A stretch of DNA of 64,000 nucleotides from Burkholderiales bacterium (GCA_019753155.1 JAIELG010000016.1:113280-177279); one strand, 5' to 3'. Counted from the stretch's first letter, positions 21,743 through 34,098 are shown. Program-made: numbers and translations. The notes: a model not told the origin generated them from the letters alone.

Positions 21743-23677
21743 ATGCCGCTCCCGACCATTTCAGACATCGAATCCGTGTTTTCGGAAAACGGACTGCTAT
21801 CCGGAGCGATCGAAGGCTTTAGGGCGAGGCCGCAGCAGAGCGAAATGGCGGTAGCGATCCTCGATGCCATATCGAGGAACGGAGCGCTCGTCGTCGAGGC
21901 GGGAACGGGAACGGGGAAAACCTTCGCCTATCTCGTCCCCGCGCTCCTTTCCGGGGGTAAGATCATCGTTTCGACGGGAACCAAGACGCTTCAGGATCAG
22001 CTCTATACCCGCGATATCCCGGCAATGCGGCAAGCGCTCGGCGTGAGTCTCGATATTGCCCTCCTCAAGGGGCGTGCCAACTATGTCTGTCATTATCATC
22101 TCGAACGGACTTCAAGGGAAGGGCGGCTGCCATCGAGAGAGAATGTCGCCTATCTGAAGCTCGTCGAGGGCTATGCGAGAAACACGAAAAGCGGCGACAA
22201 GGGGGAGCTTGTCGAAGTGCCCGAGGATGCATCGATCTGGCCTCTTGTGACCTCCACCCGCGAGAATTGCCTGGGTTCGGAATGCCCGAACCACAAGGAA
22301 TGCTTCGTGATGGAGGCGAGGCGCTCGGCCATGCGGGCCGATCTCGTCGTGGTCAATCATCACCTTTTTTTCGCCGACGTGATGCTGAAGGATGAAGGCG
22401 TGGCGGAACTTCTCCCGGCCTGCAATACGGTGATATTCGACGAAGCTCATCAGCTTCCGGAAGTCGCCAGTCTTTTTCTGGGCGAATCGGTTGGAACCAG
22501 TCAGTTGATAGAACTCGCGCGCGATGCCAGACTCGAGGCGCAGATTTCTGCGAAGGATTTCGCGCCCCTTCCGCAAGGCGCCGACAAGCTCGAGAAAAGT
22601 GCTAGGGATCTCAGGCTTGCCGTGCTGGAAGCCGATTCGAGGCTTCCGGTATCCGCGCTGGATGCCGATTTTTTTGCGTCCCTGGCAAGCCTCCAGGGGG
22701 CGCTCGATGAATTTTCGAAACTGCTCGAATTGCAGGCCGAGCGCAGCGAAGGCCTGGGAAATTGCAGGGATCGCGCAGTCGAACTCTCGCGCAGGATCAA
22801 AAACTGGAGAGAAGAAGAATCGGGCGATTTTATCCGCTGGGTGGAGGTCTTCAGCCAGGCGATGCAGCTCAATTCCACGCCCTTGTCCATCGCGGAGATG
22901 TTCGCCAGCCAGATCGAGGCAAGGCCGAGATCGTGGATATTCACTTCGGCAACCCTCGCGGTAGGGGGGGACTTTTCCCATTATCTCGGGCAGATGGGGC
23001 TTGCCGATGCGAAGTCGCTTTGCCTCGACAGTCCATTCGATTACCCGAATCAGGCGCTTCTTTACGTGCCGGAGTCGATGCCGGAACCCAATAGCCGGGA
23101 CTATACGAAGGCAGTGGTCGATGCGGCACTTCCCCTCATCAGGGCGAGCCGCGGGCGGGCATTTCTGCTCTTCACCAGCCTGAAGGCGATGCGTGCAGCG
23201 CATGGATTTCTCAAGGAAGCGTTCCTGGCGGAAAACCTGGATTTCCCCATACTGCTGCAGGGGGAAGGCGCGAAGAACGCCATGCTCGAGCGTTTCAGGC
23301 GTCTTGGCAATGCCGTTCTTCTGGGCAGCCAGTCTTTCTGGGAAGGCGTGGATGTGAGAGGGGAAGCGCTGTCTCTTGTCGTGATCGACAAGCTTCCCTT
23401 TGCGCCCCCGGACGACCCCGTGCTTGCGGCGAGGATAGAGCAGATCAACAGGCGGGGAGGGAATGCCTTCATGGAATACCAGTTGCCGCACGCGGTATTG
23501 ACGCTCAAGCAGGGCGCCGGCAGGTTGATCAGGAGCGAGGCCGATCGCGGGGCGCTCATGATCTGCGACCCCAGGATCATCACGAAATCCTACGGCAGCA
23601 AAGTCTGGCGCAGCCTGCCGCCGATGAAGCGCACCCGGTTGCTGCAGGAAGCTGTCGAGTTTTTCGGGAAGGAATAA
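21743..23677 (+). CDS. yoaA: DinG/YoaA family ATP-dependent DNA helicase (Fe-S)
   Basis: EAGTGTGKT, DEAH, Fe-S Cys residues, QGAGRLIR. Confidence 0.93.
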   Translation: MPLPTISDIESVFSENGLLSGAIEGFRARPQQSEMAVAILDAISRNGALVVEAGTGTGKTFAYLVPALLSGGKIIVSTGTKTLQDQLYTRDIPAMRQALGVSLDIALLKGRANYVCHYHLERTSREGRLPSRENVAYLKLVEGYARNTKSGDKGELVEVPEDASIWPLVTSTRENCLGSECPNHKECFVMEARRSAMRADLVVVNHHLFFADVMLKDEGVAELLPACNTVIFDEAHQLPEVASLFLGESVGTSQLIELARDARLEAQISAKDFAPLPQGADKLEKSARDLRLAVLEADSRLPVSALDADFFASLASLQGALDEFSKLLELQAERSEGLGNCRDRAVELSRRIKNWREEESGDFIRWVEVFSQAMQLNSTPLSIAEMFASQIEARPRSWIFTSATLAVGGDFSHYLGQMGLADAKSLCLDSPFDYPNQALLYVPESMPEPNSRDYTKAVVDAALPLIRASRGRAFLLFTSLKAMRAAHGFLKEAFLAENLDFPILLQGEGAKNAMLERFRRLGNAVLLGSQSFWEGVDVRGEALSLVVIDKLPFAPPDDPVLAARIEQINRRGGNAFMEYQLPHAVLTLKQGAGRLIRSEADRGALMICDPRIITKSYGSKVWRSLPPMKRTRLLQEAVEFFGKE

Positions 23678-23681
23678 GGTT

Positions 23682-24989
23682 TCATTCAATTTCACCCCAA
23701 AGGTCGTGCTCGTCCGAATCGACGATCTTGACTTTGGCGAATTCGCCGACTTTCGGCTCACCCATGATGTAAACCTGTCCGTCGATTTCGGGGGCGTCAT
23801 GGATGCTTCTGCCGACAGCGCCGTCTTCGTCGACTTCCTCCACCAGAACCTGCATGGTCCTGCCGATCTTCTTGGCGAGTTTTCTCTCGCTGATTTCGGC
23901 TTGAATTTCCATGAGTCGTTCCACGCGCTCGAGCTTGATTTCCTTCGGAACGGGATCGGGAAGAGAATTCGCTTCAGCCCCTTCCACGGGAGAATAGGGG
24001 AAGCATCCCACGCGGTCGAGTTCGGCCTCATTCAGGAAGCCCAGCAGTTCCTCGAATTCAGCCTCGGTTTCGCCGGGAAAGCCCGTGATGAACGTGCTGC
24101 GGATCGCAAGATCGGGGCAGATTTCGCGCCATTTCCTGGTCCGGTCGAGGTTGTTTTCGCTGTTTCCGGGACGCTTCATGAGCTTCAGTATCCTCGGATT
24201 CGAGTGCTGAAAAGGCACGTCGAGATAGGGCAAGATCATCCCTTCCGCCATCAAAGGGATCACTTCATCGACATGGGGATAGGGATAGACGTAATGCAGT
24301 CTCACCCAGGCGCCGAGGCCGCCCAGTTCCCGGGCAAGTTCCGTCATTCTCGTCCTGACTGGCCTGCCGTTCCGGAATCCAGTGCGATATTTCACGTCGA
24401 CTCCGTATGCGCTTGTGTCCTGGGATATGACGAGAAGCTCCTTTACGCCGGACTCAACCAGGGTTTCGGCTTCCTTCATCACCTCCCCTATGGGGCGGCT
24501 GACGAGGTCTCCCCTCAGAGAGGGGATGATGCAGAAGGTGCAGCGGTGGTTGCAGCCTTCGGAAATCTTGAGGTAGGCGTAATGCCTCGGGGTGAGCCTG
24601 ATTCCCTGGGGCGGGACGAGGTCGAGATAAGGGTCATGCGGACGGGGCAGGTGTTCGTGTATCGCCTGCATGACTTCTTCCAGGGCATGTGGACCGGTCA
24701 CGGCGATCACTTCGGGATGCGCGTTCTTCACGATGTCGCCGCGTGCGCCCAGGCAACCCGTCACGATCACGCGTCCATTCTCGTTCAGGGCTTCTCCGAT
24801 CGCATCCAGGGACTCTTCTACCGCGCTGTCGATGAAGCCGCAGGTATTGACGACGATCATGTCGGCGCCCTGGTAATCCGGGGAAATGGCATAACCTTCC
24901 GCCCTCAGGCGGGATAGGATATGTTCGGAGTCGACGAGCGCCTTGGGGCAACCCAGGGAAACCATGCCTATGCTTTTATTTCGTGACAT
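23682..24989 (-). CDS. rimO: Ribosomal protein S12 methylthiotransferase
   Basis: [23 protein letters not shown]-terminal TRAM domain. Confidence 0.97.
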   Translation of the reverse strand: MSRNKSIGMVSLGCPKALVDSEHILSRLRAEGYAISPDYQGADMIVVNTCGFIDSAVEESLDAIGEALNENGRVIVTGCLGARGDIVKNAHPEVIAVTGPHALEEVMQAIHEHLPRPHDPYLDLVPPQGIRLTPRHYAYLKISEGCNHRCTFCIIPSLRGDLVSRPIGEVMKEAETLVESGVKELLVISQDTSAYGVDVKYRTGFRNGRPVRTRMTELARELGGLGAWVRLHYVYPYPHVDEVIPLMAEGMILPYLDVPFQHSNPRILKLMKRPGNSENNLDRTRKWREICPDLAIRSTFITGFPGETEAEFEELLGFLNEAELDRVGCFPYSPVEGAEANSLPDPVPKEIKLERVERLMEIQAEISERKLAKKIGRTMQVLVEEVDEDGAVGRSIHDAPEIDGQVYIMGEPKVGEFAKVKIVDSDEHDLWGEIE

Positions 24990-25128
24990 GCGATGTGCCT
25001 GAATGGAAACATGGAATTATACAGCCCTCTTGTGCGGAAGCCATCGATCATCCAGTGGACATTTACGCAACGATGCCCCGGTTCAGGGAAAGCGCTTGGC
25101 ATGTGCGGGGCACTGCTGCAGAGGGCGG

Positions 25129-25317
25129 CTATTCCGATTTGCGTTTTTTCTGATAGTCGTCGTAACTCTCCCGCTTCGGGCAGTCCGCTGTCGGATTCTT
25201 ATGGCATTGCGCCTGACCGATGTCCTGCATTGCTTCGTAAGCGGAACGTTGCGCAGACTCCGTGCCGCAGCTTGGGAGGAATAGCGCCAGGGCTGCAAAT
25301 ACCATGATTCGATTCAC
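25129..25317 (-). CDS. Small lipoprotein
   Basis: GGAG RBS, GTG start, lipobox LPSC, two further Cys. Confidence 0.65.
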   Translation of the reverse strand: MNRIMVFAALALFLPSCGTESAQRSAYEAMQDIGQAQCHKNPTADCPKRESYDDYQKKRKSE

Positions 25318-25369
25318 CGCTTCTCCTTAGTCTGGATATTCGATTCCATGATGCTGCATAGGTTCATAA

Positions 25370-26125
25370 TCATTCCGCGAGTAGCCCGGCGATCAGGATG
25401 GAGCCGATTCCGAGCGAGATCAGGAAGACCTGTTGGATCGTGGCGTGGATTTCCGTGCGCTTGTGCAGGCCCGGGATCAGGTCCGCAACGGAGACGTAGA
25501 TCATGCTGGATGCGGCAAGGGCGAGCAGGGAGGGGACGATGCCATGCATCGACTGCAGAATGGTATAGGCGAGCACACTGCCGATGAGGGTCGCTCCACT
25601 TGCACTCAGGTTGAAGAGGATCGCCTGCCTTTTCGTATAGCCGGAATGCAGCAGGATCATGAAATCCCCCACTTCCTGTGGAATTTCGTGGGCGATGATG
25701 GCGATCGCGGTGACGATGCCCAGATGGATGTCGCTCATGAAAGCCGCCGCGATCAGGATGCCGTCCACAAAATTGTGGAAGGTGTTGCCTATCATGATCA
25801 TGAGGCCGCTCCTGCCGTGGTCGTGGGATTCGTGCGCTTCGCAATCCTCCGCATGGCAGTGACGCCACAACACCAGTTTTTCCAGGATGAAAAAAAGCAG
25901 GATGCCGAAGAGTATAGTGGCCGTCATCATGCCCGGGTTTTTCGTCAGCCTGAAGGCCTCGGGCAGGATTTCGAGGAAGGCCGCTCCAAGCAGGGCGCCC
26001 ACCGCATAGCTGACGAGCATGGGCAACCAAGCGGGGCGCAGGCTGAGCGCGAACGATCCGGCGAGGAGGAGACTCGCAAGGCCGCCCACTGTGCTCATCG
26101 TCACGATCCAGGAAAGGACTGACAT
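25370..26125 (-). CDS. ZIP family metal transporter
   Basis: HNFVDG, HEIPQE, His-rich loop. Confidence 0.92.
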   Translation of the reverse strand: MSVLSWIVTMSTVGGLASLLLAGSFALSLRPAWLPMLVSYAVGALLGAAFLEILPEAFRLTKNPGMMTATILFGILLFFILEKLVLWRHCHAEDCEAHESHDHGRSGLMIMIGNTFHNFVDGILIAAAFMSDIHLGIVTAIAIIAHEIPQEVGDFMILLHSGYTKRQAILFNLSASGATLIGSVLAYTILQSMHGIVPSLLALAASSMIYVSVADLIPGLHKRTEIHATIQQVFLISLGIGSILIAGLLAE

Positions 26126-26146
26126 AATTTTACCGAAAATCCAAGA

Positions 26147-26851
26147 TTATAACCGATGATCCAGCCAGATGAACGATCCCATCCTTCCCGTTTTTCCGTC
26201 CCGCCTATGGGAAAAGAAGCGGGATGCATCCCGGTAAGTGCAGTAATTGCCGCCATGCACTCCGGATATGCCTGCTTTTTCGAGTTTCATGCGGGCAACG
26301 GCATACAGGTCGGCATGCCACTTTCCATTCGCGCCTTTTCTGAAAGCGGCGCTTTCAGCCTCGAGGGCATCCAGCACTTCTTCTCCGACCTCGAATGCTT
26401 CCTGTCCTATGGCGGGGCCGAGGTAGGCGACAAGCGCATTTTCCCCCATCACGGGAACGGTTTTTTCGATGATGCCTGCGGCAAGTCCGCGCCAGCCGGC
26501 ATGAAGGGCAGCCACGGTATTCCTCCCCGAGAGGAGGACGGGCAGGCAGTCGGCAGTCATGATTGCACAAACGACATTCGGCTGCCTTGTGAAAGCGCCG
26601 TCTGCATCGGAGGTTTCAGGTTCGTCCAGGTTAACGATGCGATTGCCGTGAATCTGGTTCAGCCATTTCGGTTCGTCGGGCAGAAAATTGCGAATCGCCC
26701 TCCTGTTTTGCGCGACATGAAGGGGATCATCGCCGACATGGCTGCCGAGATTGAGGCTGGAATAGGGGGGATGGCTCACGCCGCCCGTCCTCGTCGTGAT
26801 CAGGCACCGGACATTCGACGGGGCGGGCCAATCCGGGACGATGAAATTCAT
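26147..26851 (-). CDS. pgeF: Peptidoglycan editing factor PgeF (YfiH)
   Basis: TADCLP, HAGWRG, FFSHRR; follows rluD. Confidence 0.93.
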   Translation of the reverse strand: MNFIVPDWPAPSNVRCLITTRTGGVSHPPYSSLNLGSHVGDDPLHVAQNRRAIRNFLPDEPKWLNQIHGNRIVNLDEPETSDADGAFTRQPNVVCAIMTADCLPVLLSGRNTVAALHAGWRGLAAGIIEKTVPVMGENALVAYLGPAIGQEAFEVGEEVLDALEAESAAFRKGANGKWHADLYAVARMKLEKAGISGVHGGNYCTYRDASRFFSHRRDGKTGRMGSFIWLDHRL

Positions 26852-27816
26852 TCCAGTTTTTCCAGAAGCGCGGCAAGATCTTCCGGCAGATCGGACTCGA
26901 ATTCCAGGAATTCCCCGCTTTCGGGGTGGGCGAAAGACAGGCGCTTCGCATGCAGCGCCTGTCTCGGGAAAGCGGCCAGCAGGACACTGTTTTCCGACTG
27001 TTTGGGTTTGTTGCCGTAAACCGGATCGCCCACGATGGGGTGGCCGATATATTGCATATGCACCCTGATCTGGTGCGTCCTGCCGCTCTCGAGGGTGCAT
27101 TCGAGCAGGGTGCATCCGCAGTGGGATTCGAGCACCCTGTAATGCGTTCTTGCAGGTTTCCCGCTTCCGACGACCGCCATTTTCGTGCGATGGGTCGGAT
27201 GCCGCCCTATCGGCGCATCGATCGTGCCGCCCCGTGCCACGATTCCGTGGACCAGCGCGAGATACTGGCGTTTCACGCTTCGCCCCTGCAGCTGCCTGAC
27301 GAGACTGGTCTGGGATGGCAGCGTTTTCGCGACGACGAGCAGGCCGCTCGTTTCCTTGTCGAGGCGGTGAACGATTCCGGCTCTGGGGATGGCCGAAAGC
27401 TCGGGCGCATGGTGGAGCAGGGCGTTCAGCAGGGTGCCTTCCCAGTTCCCGCTTCCAGGATGCACGACGAGACCGGCGGGCTTGTCGATCACGATCAGGA
27501 AAGCGTCTTCGTAAAGGACGTTCAGCGCTATTTCCTGCGGCGCATATGCTGTTTCCAGCGGGTCGGGCTCCGCCTCAATGACGACAGATTCTCCTCCCCA
27601 TACCTTTTGCCGGATATTGCAGGCTGCCCCGTCCAGCCATACCTTCTCATCCCTTATCCAGGATTGCAGGCGGCTTCTGGAATAATCCGGAGCAAGTTTG
27701 GCAAGCGCCTGATCGAGGCGTAGCCCCGCAAATTGCATGGGGACGACGAAATTGATTCCCTTAAGCGCCGGCGAGTTTGGGGTATAATCTTGGGGTTTTC
27801 CAACGGGATCTTTCAT
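26848..27816 (-). CDS. rluD: 23S rRNA pseudouridine synthase RluD
   Basis: S4 domain, HRLDKETSG, GRTHQIRVH; start uncertain. Confidence 0.95.
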   Translation of the reverse strand: MKDPVGKPQDYTPNSPALKGINFVVPMQFAGLRLDQALAKLAPDYSRSRLQSWIRDEKVWLDGAACNIRQKVWGGESVVIEAEPDPLETAYAPQEIALNVLYEDAFLIVIDKPAGLVVHPGSGNWEGTLLNALLHHAPELSAIPRAGIVHRLDKETSGLLVVAKTLPSQTSLVRQLQGRSVKRQYLALVHGIVARGGTIDAPIGRHPTHRTKMAVVGSGKPARTHYRVLESHCGCTLLECTLESGRTHQIRVHMQYIGHPIVGDPVYGNKPKQSENSVLLAAFPRQALHAKRLSFAHPESGEFLEFESDLPEDLAALLEKLE

Positions 27817-28606
27817 GAGACATAGTTTAGCCTTAATTCTTGCCCTGATGCTAGCAGGCTGCGGACTTTTGCCGGAATACAAAGAGGAGTCGGTCGATGC
27901 CTGGTCGGTAAGCCGGCTTTACGAAGAAGCGAAAGCTGAAATCGACAGCGGGAACTATGAAAAGGCCACGGAATATCTGGAGAAACTGGAGGCGCGTTTT
28001 CCCTATGGCAAATATGCGCAGCAGGCCCAGCTCGAACTCGCCTATGTCTATTACAAGAATAGCGATGCCGCTTCGGCGATAGCGGCAGCGGATCGCTACA
28101 TCAAGTTCCACCCGAACAGTTCCGGGGTCGATTATGCATATTACTTGAAGGGCCTTGCCAATTTTATCGGCGAAACCGGGATTATTTCATCGCTTGTCGG
28201 CAAGGACGTGAGCGAACGCGATCCGAAGCCCGGGATCGATTCCTTTGAAGCGTTCAAGGCGCTCGTGACGCGCTTCCCGGACAGCAAATATGCGCCCGAT
28301 GCGCGGCTGCGCATGCAATATCTCGCGAACGCGCTTGCCATGCACGAGATTCATGTCGCGGAATATTATTACAGACGGGGCGTCTACGTTGCTGCAATCA
28401 ACCGGGCGCAGAAGGTGCTCGAAGAGTTTCCCAAAACCCCCGCCACGGAAAGAGCCCTTGTCGTCATGGCGCATTCCTACGACAAGCTTGGAATGGATGG
28501 CCTGCGCGACGATGCGAAGCGGGTGCTCGACAAAACCTATCCGCAGTGGAATGAGCCGGATGCAGCCTCGAAGGAAAAAACACCCTGGTGGCAGATCTGG
28601 AAGTAA
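27815..28606 (+). CDS. bamD: Outer membrane assembly lipoprotein BamD
   Basis: Lipobox LAGC, TPR motifs, divergent from rluD. Confidence 0.95.
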   Translation: MRHSLALILALMLAGCGLLPEYKEESVDAWSVSRLYEEAKAEIDSGNYEKATEYLEKLEARFPYGKYAQQAQLELAYVYYKNSDAASAIAAADRYIKFHPNSSGVDYAYYLKGLANFIGETGIISSLVGKDVSERDPKPGIDSFEAFKALVTRFPDSKYAPDARLRMQYLANALAMHEIHVAEYYYRRGVYVAAINRAQKVLEEFPKTPATERALVVMAHSYDKLGMDGLRDDAKRVLDKTYPQWNEPDAASKEKTPWWQIWK

Positions 28607-31261
28607 TTACAGGTCTTTTGCGATCCGTCTGACCGAGAGTTCGGGCGTCGATTTCGAGGAGAATCCGAGCGCCGTCATGAGGTCGAGCATGGGCGTGTTG
28701 GCGGACAGCACATCTCCTTCCATGCGCTTTACGCCTTTTTCCTTCGCGCTTTCCATGAGGTAGAACATGAGCTTTGCGCCGAGTCCCTTATGCTGCCAGT
28801 CGTCGGCTATGACGATCGCAAATTCGCAAAGCTCGCCCGTGGCATCCACGATGTAGCGCGCGACACCGACTTCGATTTCCCTTCCCTTTTCGGTCGTCAT
28901 GGCGATGAAAGCCATTTCCCTGTCGTAGTCGATCTGGGTGAACCTTGAGAGCATCTGCGGGGTAAGCTCGCTGATCGGGGTAAAAAAGCGCATGTAGCGC
29001 GTTTGTTCGGAAAGATTCTTGACGAAATTCTGTTCGGCTTCGGCATCCTCCGGGCGGATCGGGCGAATTGTGACGATGGTCCCATCGCTGAGCAGCCATT
29101 CCCTCTCCAGTCTCGTGGGATAGGGATAGATCGCCATATGTTCATAGGGTTCGCTGCTTGCGGGATAATCTATGATAATGCGCGCATCTACTGCGATTGC
29201 ACCAATATCATCGATAATCAGCGGATTGATGTCCATTTCGCGCAGCCATGGAAGTTCGCAGATCATCTCCGAAATTCTGAGCAGCACATGTTCGAGGGCG
29301 ACTCGATCTATCGGCGGCATCGCGCGGAATTGTCCCAGCATGGCTGAAATCCTGGTTCTCGAGATCAGGTCTTCGATCAGATGGTGATTGAGGGGGGGGA
29401 GCGCCAGGGCGACATCTCCCAGCGCTTCAACGGAGGTTCCGCCTGCGCCGAAGGAGATGACCGGGCCGAATACGGGGTCCGTCGTGACGCCCACCATTAC
29501 TTCGCGTCTGTTCGGTCTGCTCAGCATAGGCTGTATTGAAATGCCCTCTATCCTCGCATCCGGTCTTGCCTTCGTCACGCTTTCCACGATTTCACGGTAT
29601 GCGTTTGCCACTTCCTTCGCGTTCGAGATGTTCAGCCTGACGCCTCCTGAATCGGATTTGTGGGAGATATCCGGGGAGTGGATCTTCATTGCCAGGGGAA
29701 AGCCGATTTCAACTGCAAGCAGCAACGCTTCCGAAGGGGTTCTGGCGACGAATGTCTGGGATATGGGGATGCGGAAAGCGGCGAGGAGGGCTTTGGACTC
29801 GATTTCGTTGAGGACATGGCGCTTTTCCGCAAGAGCGGCTTCGATCAGGGTTCTCGCGCCTTCCACGTCAGGGGCGGTCTGTTCCGAGAGGGGGCCGGGA
29901 ACCTGGAGCAGTAATTGCTGGTTCCTGTGGTAGTTTGCCAGATAGGAGAATGATTCGACCGCAGTCTCCGGGGATCTGAAGCTGGGCATTTTCTCGAGAT
30001 CGAAAGCCCTTCTGCTCGATGCGACGCTCGCTTCACCCATCCAGCACATCAGCATCATTTTTTTCTGCCGCTTGGAAACCTTGATCATTGCATCGGCAAC
30101 TTTTTCCGGTTCCGTCATCGCCTGCGGCGTGAGCATGACGAGCACGGTGTCGACGTTTGGGTCTTCCATGCAGATTTCCACGCCTTTTTCGAAGCGCTCT
30201 GTTGTGGCATCCCCGATGAGATCCACTGGATTGCCGTGAGACCAGTTGTGGGGCAGGATGTCATCGAGTTTGCGTAGAGTTTCATCCGAAAGAGAGGCGA
30301 GCGCGATGTTGCAATCGGAAGCGCTGTCGGCTGCCATGACACCGGGGCCGCCTCCGTTGGTGACGATGGCGAGCCTGTCCCCTTTGGGTCGGTTAGGGGC
30401 GGAGAGGATTTTCGCGGCTGCGAAAAGCTGCGAATAGGTTTTGACCCTGACCGTTCCGGCGCGCCTCAATGCTGCGCTGAACACCGCATCCTTGCCGACT
30501 ATCGAGCCGGTATGGGTGAGGGCGGCCTTGGAGCCGATCTCGTTGCGCCCGACTTTGAGCACGAGCACGGGTTTTGTCCTGGCTGCGGCGCGCAGCGCGC
30601 TGATGAATCGCCTTGCGGAGCGTATGCCTTCCACGTAGATCAGGATGCTCGACGTCTCCGGGTCCGCGAGGAGGAAATCGAGTATTTCGCCGAAATCGGT
30701 GTCGAGCGCATCTCCCATGGAAATCACGCTGGAAAATCCCACGTCGGTGGCTTTCGCCCAGTCGAGGATGGCCGTGCAGAGGGCACCGGACTGGGAAACC
30801 AGGGCAAGGTTCCCGGGTTTTGCCGCTGCCTTGCTGAACGTCGCATTGAGTCCTTTGGAGGGCCGCATCACGCCCAGGCAGTTCGGACCGACTATCCTGA
30901 TTCCCCAGGATTTCGCGCGGGCGGCGATCTGCTCGGACTGGATGCTGTCCATCCCGGCGGTGATGATGACGACAATGCGCACGCCCTTTTTTCCGCATGA
31001 GTCGATCAGTTCCGGAATGCTTGGGGCCGGCGTGACGATGACGGCCATTTGGACCAGCCCTTCGATCGAATTGATGTCGGGGTAGGCGCGGATTCCCAGG
31101 ACTTCTTCGCGCTTCGGATTGACGGCATACAGGTTGCCCTTGAAATGGCTTTCGATCAGGTTGGAGAGCACCAGTCTTCCGACGGAACCTTCTCTTTCGC
31201 TTGCTCCGATCAGTGCAACGGACTCGGGGGAGAATAGTGCATCAAGAGAGTGCATGGGCAT
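28607..31261 (-). CDS. Bifunctional acyl-CoA ligase-like / GNAT protein lysine acetyltransferase (Pat/PatZ type)
   Basis: [25 protein letters not shown] and a C-terminal GNAT domain (WQHKGLG). Confidence 0.9.
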   Translation of the reverse strand: MPMHSLDALFSPESVALIGASEREGSVGRLVLSNLIESHFKGNLYAVNPKREEVLGIRAYPDINSIEGLVQMAVIVTPAPSIPELIDSCGKKGVRIVVIITAGMDSIQSEQIAARAKSWGIRIVGPNCLGVMRPSKGLNATFSKAAAKPGNLALVSQSGALCTAILDWAKATDVGFSSVISMGDALDTDFGEILDFLLADPETSSILIYVEGIRSARRFISALRAAARTKPVLVLKVGRNEIGSKAALTHTGSIVGKDAVFSAALRRAGTVRVKTYSQLFAAAKILSAPNRPKGDRLAIVTNGGGPGVMAADSASDCNIALASLSDETLRKLDDILPHNWSHGNPVDLIGDATTERFEKGVEICMEDPNVDTVLVMLTPQAMTEPEKVADAMIKVSKRQKKMMLMCWMGEASVASSRRAFDLEKMPSFRSPETAVESFSYLANYHRNQQLLLQVPGPLSEQTAPDVEGARTLIEAALAEKRHVLNEIESKALLAAFRIPISQTFVARTPSEALLLAVEIGFPLAMKIHSPDISHKSDSGGVRLNISNAKEVANAYREIVESVTKARPDARIEGISIQPMLSRPNRREVMVGVTTDPVFGPVISFGAGGTSVEALGDVALALPPLNHHLIEDLISRTRISAMLGQFRAMPPIDRVALEHVLLRISEMICELPWLREMDINPLIIDDIGAIAVDARIIIDYPASSEPYEHMAIYPYPTRLEREWLLSDGTIVTIRPIRPEDAEAEQNFVKNLSEQTRYMRFFTPISELTPQMLSRFTQIDYDREMAFIAMTTEKGREIEVGVARYIVDATGELCEFAIVIADDWQHKGLGAKLMFYLMESAKEKGVKRMEGDVLSANTPMLDLMTALGFSSKSTPELSVRRIAKDL

Positions 31262-33608
31262 TGCGGCTAGCCTTTCCGGGTGGTTTCCATTTTCTGAGAA
31301 GCAGGGAGTTGCTGACAACCGAGACAGAACTCATCGCCATTGCGGCTCCGGCGACGACGGGGTTCAACATGCCCAGCGCTGCAAGCGGTATTCCGAGCAC
31401 ATTGTAGACGAATGCGAAGAAAAGATTTTGACGGATTTTTTTCAATGTCGCGCGGGAGAGCGCAATTGCATCCGCGACGCTTCCGAGATCGTTGCGCATC
31501 AGCGTGATGTCGGCTGCTTCGATGGCGATGTCGGAACCGGACCCTATGGCGAAGCTCACATCCGATGCGGCAAGCGCGGGCGCATCGTTGATTCCGTCTC
31601 CGGCCATGGCGACGATTACGCCACGTTCTTTCAGCTTCGAAACCTCGATGGCCTTGTTCTGAGGCAGCACTTCAGCCAGGAATCGGTCTATTCCGGCCTG
31701 ACGGGCAATGAATTTTGCCGTGGCGGCATTGTCTCCGGTCATCATGACGACTTCCACGCCCATGGCCTTGATGCGCGAAACGGCTTCCTTCGAAGTGGGG
31801 CGCAGTCTGTCGGCGATGACGAAGAGGCCAATCAGGGCGTTCTCGCGCGCGATGCCGACCACGGTCTTGTTTTCCGAATCGACCCCGGTCAGTTCGATGC
31901 CTTTTTCCGAAAGCAGGGCAGGGGAGCCGAGCCAGTATCTGGCGCCATCGATTACCGCAGTCACGCCCCCGCCTGGAATCGCCGAAAATTCGGATGAGTC
32001 CCTCGGGGATGCGCCCATGTCCTTGCCCTTTTCGATGACGGCGGATGCCAGAGGATGCTCAGAACCCTGCTCCAGCGCCATGGCGATGGACATCAGTTCC
32101 TGTTCGGGAAGGGAGAAGGCTTGAACTTCGGTCACGGAAGGCCTGCCTTCGGTGAGCGTTCCGGTTTTGTCGACGACGAGCGTTTTTATTTTTTCCGCAT
32201 TCTCAAGCGCCTGTGCATTCCTGACGAGGATGCCGGCCTTTGCTCCCTGGCCGATGCCTACCATGATTGCAGTCGGAGTGGCGAGTCCCAGCGCGCAGGG
32301 GCAGGCGATGACGAGGACCGCTACTGCATTGACGAAGCCTGCAACCGGATTTCCGGAGAGCCACCAGAAGGTGAGCGTGAGCATGGCGATGGACACGACG
32401 GCAGGCACGAAAATGCCGGAAATCCTGTCCGCGAGGTGCTGTATCGGCGCCTTGGAGCCTTGCGCTTCCTCGACGAGGCGGATGATTGCGGAGAGCCGGG
32501 TGTGTTCCCCCACGCTCTGCGCGCGGCACCTGAGCGAACCTCTATGGTTGAGGGTTGCGGCATAGACTTTGTCGCCCCCGTTTTTTTCCACCGGGATGCT
32601 CTCGCCGGTCAGCATGGATTCATCGACTGCGGAAACGCCGCCGATCACAATCCCATCCACGGGTATGGTTTCTCCCGCCTTGACGAGGAAAATGTCGTCG
32701 ATTTCGAGCATTGCGGCGTCCATATCCATGATTTCGCCGTTCTTTTCGACATGGGCTGTTTTCGGCTGGAGCTTCACGAGTTCTTCTATCGCGCCCGAGG
32801 TTTTAAGCTTGGCTCTCGCTTCGAGTATTTTTCCCAGGAGGACGAGCGTGATGACTGCGGCTCCCGCTTCGAAATAGACATGCAGAGCGAGATCCGCAAA
32901 CGTCACGATCGCGCTGAAGAAATAGGCGACGCTGGTGCCGAGCGCGACCAGGACATCCATGTTCGCTCCGCCTCCTTTCAGGGAATGATATGCGCCGATA
33001 TAAAATCGCCTGCCTGCCCAGAATTGGACCGGCGTTGCAAGGGCAAGCTGGAAAAAGCGTGGAATTTCGAGATGCGCCCCGAGCAGCATGGGGACCATCT
33101 GCAGGAGGAGCGGCAAGGTGAGGATGGCGGAAATCCAAAAAAGCCGGAGTTCCTTCCCGTAGGCGATTTCGCGTTCGATATTGCGCCGATCGGAGCCCGA
33201 GATTTCGCAAGCCTGATAGCCTGCTGTTCTGACTATGTCGATGAGTTTCCCGACCTCGACGGCGCCTTGCGTAAACCTCACCTGCGCTTTCTCGGAGGCG
33301 AAATTGACGCTGGCTTCGACTCCTTCGACCTCGTTCAGTTTTTTTTCTATGGTGGTCGCGCAGTTGGCGCAGTGCATCCCGGAAATCGCAAGGTTTACGG
33401 TTTTTTTCGGGACATTGAAGCCTGTCTTGAGCACGATATCGACGAGATTTCCGGGCGAAACCCTGTTCGGGTCGAACTCTACATACGCTTTTTCGTTTGC
33501 GAAATTGACGCTTGCGCTGACGCCGTCGGCTTCATTCAGGGCCTTTTCGACCCTTCCCGCGCAATTCACGCAGTGCATGCCTTCTATCGGGATTTCGATT
33601 CTTTTCAT
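31242..33608 (-). CDS. copA: Cu(I)-translocating P1B ATPase
   Basis: Two HMA CxxC domains, TGES, CPC, DKTGT, GDGIND, YN and MAMSS. Confidence 0.93.
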   Translation of the reverse strand: MKRIEIPIEGMHCVNCAGRVEKALNEADGVSASVNFANEKAYVEFDPNRVSPGNLVDIVLKTGFNVPKKTVNLAISGMHCANCATTIEKKLNEVEGVEASVNFASEKAQVRFTQGAVEVGKLIDIVRTAGYQACEISGSDRRNIEREIAYGKELRLFWISAILTLPLLLQMVPMLLGAHLEIPRFFQLALATPVQFWAGRRFYIGAYHSLKGGGANMDVLVALGTSVAYFFSAIVTFADLALHVYFEAGAAVITLVLLGKILEARAKLKTSGAIEELVKLQPKTAHVEKNGEIMDMDAAMLEIDDIFLVKAGETIPVDGIVIGGVSAVDESMLTGESIPVEKNGGDKVYAATLNHRGSLRCRAQSVGEHTRLSAIIRLVEEAQGSKAPIQHLADRISGIFVPAVVSIAMLTLTFWWLSGNPVAGFVNAVAVLVIACPCALGLATPTAIMVGIGQGAKAGILVRNAQALENAEKIKTLVVDKTGTLTEGRPSVTEVQAFSLPEQELMSIAMALEQGSEHPLASAVIEKGKDMGASPRDSSEFSAIPGGGVTAVIDGARYWLGSPALLSEKGIELTGVDSENKTVVGIARENALIGLFVIADRLRPTSKEAVSRIKAMGVEVVMMTGDNAATAKFIARQAGIDRFLAEVLPQNKAIEVSKLKERGVIVAMAGDGINDAPALAASDVSFAIGSGSDIAIEAADITLMRNDLGSVADAIALSRATLKKIRQNLFFAFVYNVLGIPLAALGMLNPVVAGAAMAMSSVSVVSNSLLLRKWKPPGKASRNAHALS

Positions 33609-33663
33609 ATTCCGATATTAGCGCAGACGGCGCATGCTTTCCAAGCATGGTGGAGGGGGCAGT

Positions 33664-33993
33664 TCAGTGGCTCACCGATTTGGAGAAGGCGTTGAGCACA
33701 ACCACGCCGACAGTGATCAGACCTATGCCAACCAGTGCGGCGAGGTCGAGTCCCTGGCGATAGACAGCCCAGCCGATCAGGGATGTCAGGACGACTCCCG
33801 CGCCGGACCACACTGCGTAGGCGATCCCGATCGGGATGGTACGAAGCGTCAGGGACAGGAAGTAGAACGCGGAGCCGTAGCCGATCACGACGATCGCCGA
33901 GGGCAGCAGTTGGGTGAACCCGTTGGACGCTTTCAGTGCGGAGGTTGCTGCTACCTCCGACACGATGGCGATGACAAGATATATCCAGTTCAT
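33664..33993 (-). CDS. SMR family efflux transporter (EmrE/QacE-like)
   Basis: Conserved TM1 Glu ([10 protein letters not shown]), GIAYAVWSG, 4 TMs. Confidence 0.9.
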   Translation of the reverse strand: MNWIYLVIAIVSEVAATSALKASNGFTQLLPSAIVVIGYGSAFYFLSLTLRTIPIGIAYAVWSGAGVVLTSLIGWAVYRQGLDLAALVGIGLITVGVVVLNAFSKSVSH

Positions 33994-34098
33994 GTGCTGT
34001 GCCCATGCATCGGAAGAAAAAGCTGGATGAAAACCGGCAATTTCTGTCGCCCAACAGTACTCTTGGGAACTGCTGATATAATCTCCCCGGGTTCAATT

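Noticed and set aside
22112-24031. 639-aa minus-strand ORF
   Set aside because: Shadow of yoaA plus an alternate frame of rimO.
33633-33649. CueR box before copA (CATGCTT-N3-AAGCATG)
   Set aside because: The palindrome does not match ACCTTCC-N7-GGAAGGT; its function cannot be assigned.
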